DNA of 11,426 nucleotides from a virus (taxonomy: Duplodnaviria > Heunggongvirae > Uroviricota > Caudoviricetes), in the IMG/VR virus record IMGVR_UViG_3300029126_000035; one strand, written 5' to 3'. This document shows, piece after piece, positions 6,585 through 11,426 of this stretch. Under the pieces are notes generated by a model, which saw nothing but the letters and a program-made list of their open reading frames with translations, had not been told where the DNA came from and ran no database searches. The position numbers and the translations under genes were made by a program. Each line of letters starts with the position of its first letter. The first letter of the stretch is position 1.

Positions 6585-8051
6585 ATGGCTACGTGGCAAC
6601 AGGGTATTAATTCTGGTGGTTTTCTGGCTGGCATCGGTACGCAAAATGAGAATGCGCCAAAGGCAAGCGACATTAACGCAACGCTTGGTCTGATCCGCGA
6701 AAACAATGAACTGGCTCGCTCAGGTGCAAATAACGTTGCTCTGACAGGTCTTCGTGGTCTGGCTGGAGTTGCTGATATTTATAAGCAGCAGCAACAGCAG
6801 GAGCGTAAAGCGGCATTCCAGAAAGGTTATGCAGATGCTTATGCGTCCGGTGACAGGGAGCAGATGCGTAATCTTATTACAGCATTCCCAGAAGAGTTTG
6901 AGGAAGTCCGTAAAGGGATGAGTTATGTCGATGATGCTCAAAGGGATGATTATGGCAATCTGGCGCTCAAAGCACAGGTAGCCTCATCGCTTGGTCCGGG
7001 CGCATTTGGCAGGTTCATGATAGATAATGAGCAGGAGATGCGTCGTTTAGGTATCCCTCCAGAAACTATTGCTGAAATGCAGGTTAATGACCCGCAGGGC
7101 TTCCAGCATTTCGCAGGTAATCTGGCGCTGTTTTCTCTCGGTCATGAGAAGTATTTCGATATCAAAGATCAAATGGAAGGTCGGGATATTGAGCGTGGCA
7201 AGTTGGCAGAGACAATCCGCAGCAATCAGGCCAGCGAAGCACTTCAGGCGAGAGGGCAGGATATTAGCCGAGCAAATGCGTTAACGTCAGCATATGCACC
7301 AACAGCAGCAATGCAGAATTACAATCAGTACGCGCAAATGTTAAAGGTGGATCCAGAGGGGGCGGCGGCATTTGCGGCAGCGGCTGGAATTAATACAAAC
7401 GCCAAAAAATTAATGAGTGTTAGAGAAAACGATGATGGCACTGTCACAAAATACTACACAGACGGAAGTGAAGAGCAGGGAAAACTAAACCAGCCAATAT
7501 CTGGAGATGGGTTTCGTCCAATAGCTTTGCCAACAGCCCAAAAGATCATGGAAAAGTCGCCAGAAGGGGCTAAAAAAGCTGCTGGATTTGCATACAGGGT
7601 TAGGGATGCTCTTGATTCAATGGATACACTGAAAGACCAGCTTAGCCCACAGCGAGTGGCGGTCATTAATAATGCTTTGGGTAATGGGACGCTGGCTAAC
7701 TTAACGCTCAGCCCAACAGAGCAGCAATACGTTGTTAATGCTAATGACGCAATAATGGCAATACTCCGTCAGGAAACAGGGGCAGCTATCGTACCTGCTG
7801 AAATGTCAAAATATTATCAAATGTATTTCCCTCAGCCTGGCGACTCCACAAAAACCATTGATACCAAGCGCCGGAAGATGGAAAACCAGTTCAATTCGCT
7901 GAAAGCTGCTTCTGGTCGAGCTTATGATGCTTTGCGGGTTATTTCAGCAGTTGACAGAGGAACTTCTTCTTCGTCGCAGACATTGCCGCAATCTGAGCAG
8001 GTATCACAGCCAGCAGCCAGCAGTAACTTTTCTTCACTATGGGGTGATTAA
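6585..8051 (+). CDS. hypothetical large helical protein (488 aa), Ala/Gln/Glu-rich, unknown function
   Basis: ATG 6585 lies 4 nt after the stop of the small gene (alternative GTG at 6573); polyQ run KQQQQQ; no P-loop or catalytic motif I recognise; stop overlaps the next start (TAATG). Confidence 0.8.
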   Translation: MATWQQGINSGGFLAGIGTQNENAPKASDINATLGLIRENNELARSGANNVALTGLRGLAGVADIYKQQQQQERKAAFQKGYADAYASGDREQMRNLITAFPEEFEEVRKGMSYVDDAQRDDYGNLALKAQVASSLGPGAFGRFMIDNEQEMRRLGIPPETIAEMQVNDPQGFQHFAGNLALFSLGHEKYFDIKDQMEGRDIERGKLAETIRSNQASEALQARGQDISRANALTSAYAPTAAMQNYNQYAQMLKVDPEGAAAFAAAAGINTNAKKLMSVRENDDGTVTKYYTDGSEEQGKLNQPISGDGFRPIALPTAQKIMEKSPEGAKKAAGFAYRVRDALDSMDTLKDQLSPQRVAVINNALGNGTLANLTLSPTEQQYVVNANDAIMAILRQETGAAIVPAEMSKYYQMYFPQPGDSTKTIDTKRRKMENQFNSLKAASGRAYDALRVISAVDRGTSSSSQTLPQSEQVSQPAASSNFSSLWGD

Positions 8052-10156
8052 TGGCTAAAGCATGGAAAGATGTTATCGCCTCTCCACAGTATCAGGCGTT
8101 AGCACCAGAACAAAAAGCGCAGGCTCAGGAGCAATACTTCAATGAAGTCGTTGCCCCGCAAGCCGGAGAAAGTGTAGAGCAGGCTAAGCAGGCTTTTTAT
8201 GCTGCCTATCCACTACCATCAACGAATGAAATAGACCGATACCAATCAGCAACTCAAAATATTCAACATACATCATCTGATAATTCTCTTGCGTCAGGGT
8301 ATGCAAAGTTAGCTACTCAGCAAAGAGAGGGGCTTGAGCGTTCAGCAGAACAGGGAGCCAGTCTTGGGGCTGCGATGCGCGATGCTATAACAGGCGAAAG
8401 CCGAATGACTCCAGAGATGGAGAGACTGCAAAATGTCGACCTTGCCCCAGAGTTAACCTCACTCAGCATGGATGCTCTAAAAGCTCGATGGTCTCAACTT
8501 TTCGGCTCTGACGCATCTCAGGAAAAGATTCTTCAGAGCATGGGAGCGAAATTAAGGCAGGATGAGAAGGGTAACACTATCGTTTCCCTGCCATCCGGTG
8601 ATTATGCTCTGAACAAGCCGGGTTTATCGCCGCAAGACGTGGCATCGTTTCTGGCTAATGCGCTGGCGTTTACACCAGCGGGCAGGGCCGGAACGGTGCT
8701 GGGGGCCATAGGGAAATCAGCAGCTACAGATTTAGCACTACAGGGAGCCACCAGCCTTGCTGGTGGAGAAGATATTGATCCGTTACAAACGGTAATTTCT
8801 GCTGGCATTGGCGGCATTGGTAAGGGGCTGGAGAATACAGCGAGTGCGGTTTCGAGGGCTGTTCGTGGTGATATGGCACCGGAAGCGAAAGCTGCTGTTG
8901 ATTTTGCATCGGAAAGAAACCTGCCGTTAATGACCAGTGACGTACTGAAAGATAAAAACACTGTGCAGAGTCTGGCCCAGAAAACAGGCGAAAAAATCCC
9001 TTTTTTTGGAACGGGTACGAACAGGTTGAATCAACAACAGGCACGGGAAAATCTGGTCAGAACATATAACGATGGTCTGGGAGGCATTTCAGATAAACAG
9101 CTTTATGAATCTGCGACTAAAGGGCAGCAAAAATTCATTGAGGCCGCAGGAAAGCGATATAACCGCATAATTGACGCTATGGGGGATACCCCTGTCGATC
9201 TCTCAAACACGGTAAAAGCTATCGACAATCAGATTGCCGTGTTAAGCCGCCCGGGCAAATCTCAGGATAGAGCCGCGGTAAAAGTCTTGCAGCAATTTAA
9301 AGACGATATCACCAGCGGACCAAATGACCTGCGTCTGGCGAGAGAAAACAGAACTGACCTTCGAAAGCGGTTCATGAATTCAAACGAGACAGTTGATAAA
9401 GACACGCTCCAGAAAGCCAGCGATATTGTCTACAAGGCATATACGCTGGATATGAGAAGGGCAGTAGCCCAGAAACTGGGTTCAGAAGAAGCAGCCAATA
9501 TGGCAAGGGTCGATCGCTCATGGTCTAAATTCAATGACATGATGGGAAGAACGCGCGTTCAGAAGGCAATAGCCAGCGGCAAGGCTACGCCTGAGGATGT
9601 AACAAAACTCGTTTTTAGCCAAAGCTCATCAGAACGTTCTCAGCTTTACAGGCTTCTGGATGACAACGGCAGGCAGAACGCACGGGCAGCCATAATACAG
9701 AATGCTGTAGATAAGGCGACTGATTCGGCGGGGAATATCAGCGTTGAGAAGTTTATTAACACGCTACACCGGAACAGAAAGCAATCCGCAACGTTCTTTA
9801 AGGGCGTGCACGGAAAGGAACTGGACGGCATTATTAAATACCTCAACGATACCAGACAGGCGGCAAAGGTTGACGGTCAGAAATTAAACAGCCAGAAACT
9901 TTATGGCCTGCTGGTTGGTGGAGGCGCTATAAATGCGGCAGTTCTGGCGGGGATGCTGAAAACGGCTGCGTTTGTTGTTCCTGCTGCAGGTGCCGTAGGC
10001 GGAGCAGCGAAGGCATACGAAAGCCCTGTTATACGAAATGCCTTGTTACGTCTGGCAAATACGCCAAAAGGTAGCACAGCATATGACAGAGCGATCAGTA
10101 CGGTCACACAATCACTGACCACAGCAGCACAAGCATCGCAAAAGGAAGCTCAATAA
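8051..10156 (+). CDS. hypothetical large protein (701 aa) with C-terminal Gly/Ala-rich hydrophobic hairpin, unknown function
   Basis: ATG 8051 overlaps upstream stop; Ala/Gln/Lys-rich helical composition; hydrophobic segment LYGLLVGGGAINAAVLAGMLKTAAFVVPAAGAVGGAA at residues ~616-656 (nt 9896-10018); no canonical Walker A. Confidence 0.85.
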   Translation: MAKAWKDVIASPQYQALAPEQKAQAQEQYFNEVVAPQAGESVEQAKQAFYAAYPLPSTNEIDRYQSATQNIQHTSSDNSLASGYAKLATQQREGLERSAEQGASLGAAMRDAITGESRMTPEMERLQNVDLAPELTSLSMDALKARWSQLFGSDASQEKILQSMGAKLRQDEKGNTIVSLPSGDYALNKPGLSPQDVASFLANALAFTPAGRAGTVLGAIGKSAATDLALQGATSLAGGEDIDPLQTVISAGIGGIGKGLENTASAVSRAVRGDMAPEAKAAVDFASERNLPLMTSDVLKDKNTVQSLAQKTGEKIPFFGTGTNRLNQQQARENLVRTYNDGLGGISDKQLYESATKGQQKFIEAAGKRYNRIIDAMGDTPVDLSNTVKAIDNQIAVLSRPGKSQDRAAVKVLQQFKDDITSGPNDLRLARENRTDLRKRFMNSNETVDKDTLQKASDIVYKAYTLDMRRAVAQKLGSEEAANMARVDRSWSKFNDMMGRTRVQKAIASGKATPEDVTKLVFSQSSSERSQLYRLLDDNGRQNARAAIIQNAVDKATDSAGNISVEKFINTLHRNRKQSATFFKGVHGKELDGIIKYLNDTRQAAKVDGQKLNSQKLYGLLVGGGAINAAVLAGMLKTAAFVVPAAGAVGGAAKAYESPVIRNALLRLANTPKGSTAYDRAISTVTQSLTTAAQASQKEAQ

Positions 10157-10218
10157 CAGATGGCCATGGATGGTTGGTTATAATAGTAATTAGTATTTTT
10201 TTCAAATAGTTATGAACA

Positions 10219-10617
10219 TTAACACTTGCCTTTAACATTGCCGACAAATGAGCCTGTAAATGAGCCTATATCAGATCGACTAATTGTTCGTGTATGGATC
10301 ACTTTTCCGTCATTTGAGATTGCCCATGTGACAAGCGTCAGTTGACCATCTCGATAGCTTCTTCCCATCATGGCATTCGGAGATAGCGGGTAATAATCAA
10401 TACCTCCACCTATACCATCTTTTGCCAAGATAAGATCCGCCTTCTCTTTACTTATTACCAAATGAAAGGTATCTGGTATAGATGATAACTTATAGTTATA
10501 CCCATCTGAACTTGAGGCTTCTTGTCCTTTCAGATCACCAATAATCCAGCATTCAGCGTTCGCTCCAAAAGAAGCAAATAATAAACCGGAGACAACCAAT
10601 CGCTTCAATTGATTCAC
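10219..10617 (-). CDS. small Sec-exported (periplasmic) protein, mature ~111 aa, with N- and C-terminal cysteines
   Basis: GTG start at 10617 preceded by AGGGAGG; signal peptide MNQLKRLVVSGLLFASFGANA with ANA-E cleavage motif; no transmembrane stretch in mature part; the longer in-frame ORF up to 10905 is a probable shadow. Confidence 0.65.
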   Translation of the reverse strand: MNQLKRLVVSGLLFASFGANAECWIIGDLKGQEASSSDGYNYKLSSIPDTFHLVISKEKADLILAKDGIGGGIDYYPLSPNAMMGRSYRDGQLTLVTWAISNDGKVIHTRTISRSDIGSFTGSFVGNVKGKC

Positions 10618-11086
10618 ACCAACCCTCCCTTTAGCGTTGTTTAGAATGGCAATCATCATATATCCAAGACATGGCATTTGGTACATAGCTTGGGTCGGGA
10701 TTTCAAATCCGCCCCCGTTGATGGGGTCGTTACAGTACGCGCATATCCGCTTTATGTGAAACAGGAAGATTTTTCTGATATCACTGCCACAGCAAAACAC
10801 CAATTTCGAGACAAGTACGCGCACGATGGAGGGGAGTACCATAAAACTGTTCTCTACATAAGTCAGAGTGGTGGCGATGTGTTGATTATCGGCGTATATG
10901 CGCACAGGACGCGCTATGACAATGTTTTATGCGGGTACACCAATCACATGTATCTGGTGTGATAAATCGCGTTACATGACATCTCATGTTGTGCTGGTGG
11001 TTATCACGACGTTCTGAATCTGGCCTTTGCCTGATATTTTGCGACAAGTACGCGCGCGTAGCATCGACAGCATACACATTGGATAT

Positions 11087-11287
11087 TCATTTTGTGACCA
11101 ATGCGATAAGTAGCGGGATAAGAATTGATAAAATCAACAGGACGATGATCCACTTTTGATTCTCGTCCATCTTATCTGCTAGGCGACGCTCCATTCCGTG
11201 CATATCACCGCGAATGGCAATCATCTCATTGCGAACATCCGAGAAGTGGTTGGCTTGATGTTCAATGTGTGGCGTTCTGCCTTTCAT
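11087..11287 (-). CDS. small C-terminally anchored membrane protein (66 aa), topology like XhlA-type phage proteins
   Basis: ATG 11285-11287 with GAGGA RBS upstream on minus strand; polar/charged N-terminal half then a single hydrophobic helix WIIVLLILSILIPLLIALV at the C-terminus. Confidence 0.55.
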   Translation of the reverse strand: MKGRTPHIEHQANHFSDVRNEMIAIRGDMHGMERRLADKMDENQKWIIVLLILSILIPLLIALVTK

Positions 11288-11426
11288 GTCTGATCCTCAC
11301 CTATCGTCACCACCTGCTGGTGTATAAAGGTATTGGCCCAAGCAGCTTCCCAATGGGCACTCATGTTTATACGCTGACCTTACAATCAATCACCGCTTTT
11401 AACTTTTCAGCATTGCTTCCCTGACG

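Noticed and set aside
8680-8720. Possible P-loop in the 701-aa protein (GAIGKS)
   Set aside because: Spacing is GxxGKS, not the Walker A GxxxxGK[ST], and there is no Walker B-like hhhhDE downstream.
8602-9044. Minus-strand ORFs (119 and 106 aa) inside the 701-aa gene, and 9646-10122 ORFs
   Set aside because: Antisense shadows of a long, well-supported + strand gene; no start signals.
10157-10218. Bidirectional terminator between the convergent 701-aa gene and the exported-protein gene
   Set aside because: Only a weak CCAT/ATGG inverted repeat and AT-rich sequence; no GC-rich stem with a U-tract on either strand.
10618-10905. Long N-terminal extension making the minus-strand gene 228 aa
   Set aside because: The extension is Cys-rich and low-plausibility, whereas GTG 10617 has a strong AGGGAGG RBS and starts exactly at a canonical signal peptide.
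10886-11077. Minus-strand 63-aa ORF in the junction region
   Set aside because: Cys/His/Arg-rich, no RBS, and sits in a repeat-containing intergenic region.

Overview
The window looks like the replication core and accessory (cargo) region of a P4-family / PICI-like satellite element from an enterobacterium. Everything here is read by eye from sequence and ORF translations; no searches were run. Layout, left to right on the + strand: (1) two coupled small genes (13-484), the first with a helix-turn-helix-like segment; (2) a ~600 bp stop-free, highly structured leader (478-1100) of unresolved coding status; (3) six tightly coupled small genes (1101-2766); (4) a 918-aa primase-helicase (2779-5535) with zinc ribbon, Toprim and Walker A/B motifs; (5) a 9-bp iteron array 25 bp after the primase stop (5561-5672), a probable origin; (6) an AT-rich 152-aa gene with a terminator (5768-6311). 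The most interesting part is a cargo operon at 6368-10156: a -10 hexamer followed by a consensus-like LexA (SOS) box, then a 57-aa ribbon-helix-helix-like gene and two large helical proteins of 488 and 701 aa with no motifs I recognise, the second carrying a Gly/Ala-rich hydrophobic hairpin near its C-terminus. A convergent gene for a small Sec-exported protein (10219-10617) sits directly downstream, and a small tail-anchored membrane protein gene (11087-11287) lies at the right edge. I propose the SOS-box operon plus the convergent exported protein as a candidate undescribed, damage-inducible membrane-active module; its function is unknown.
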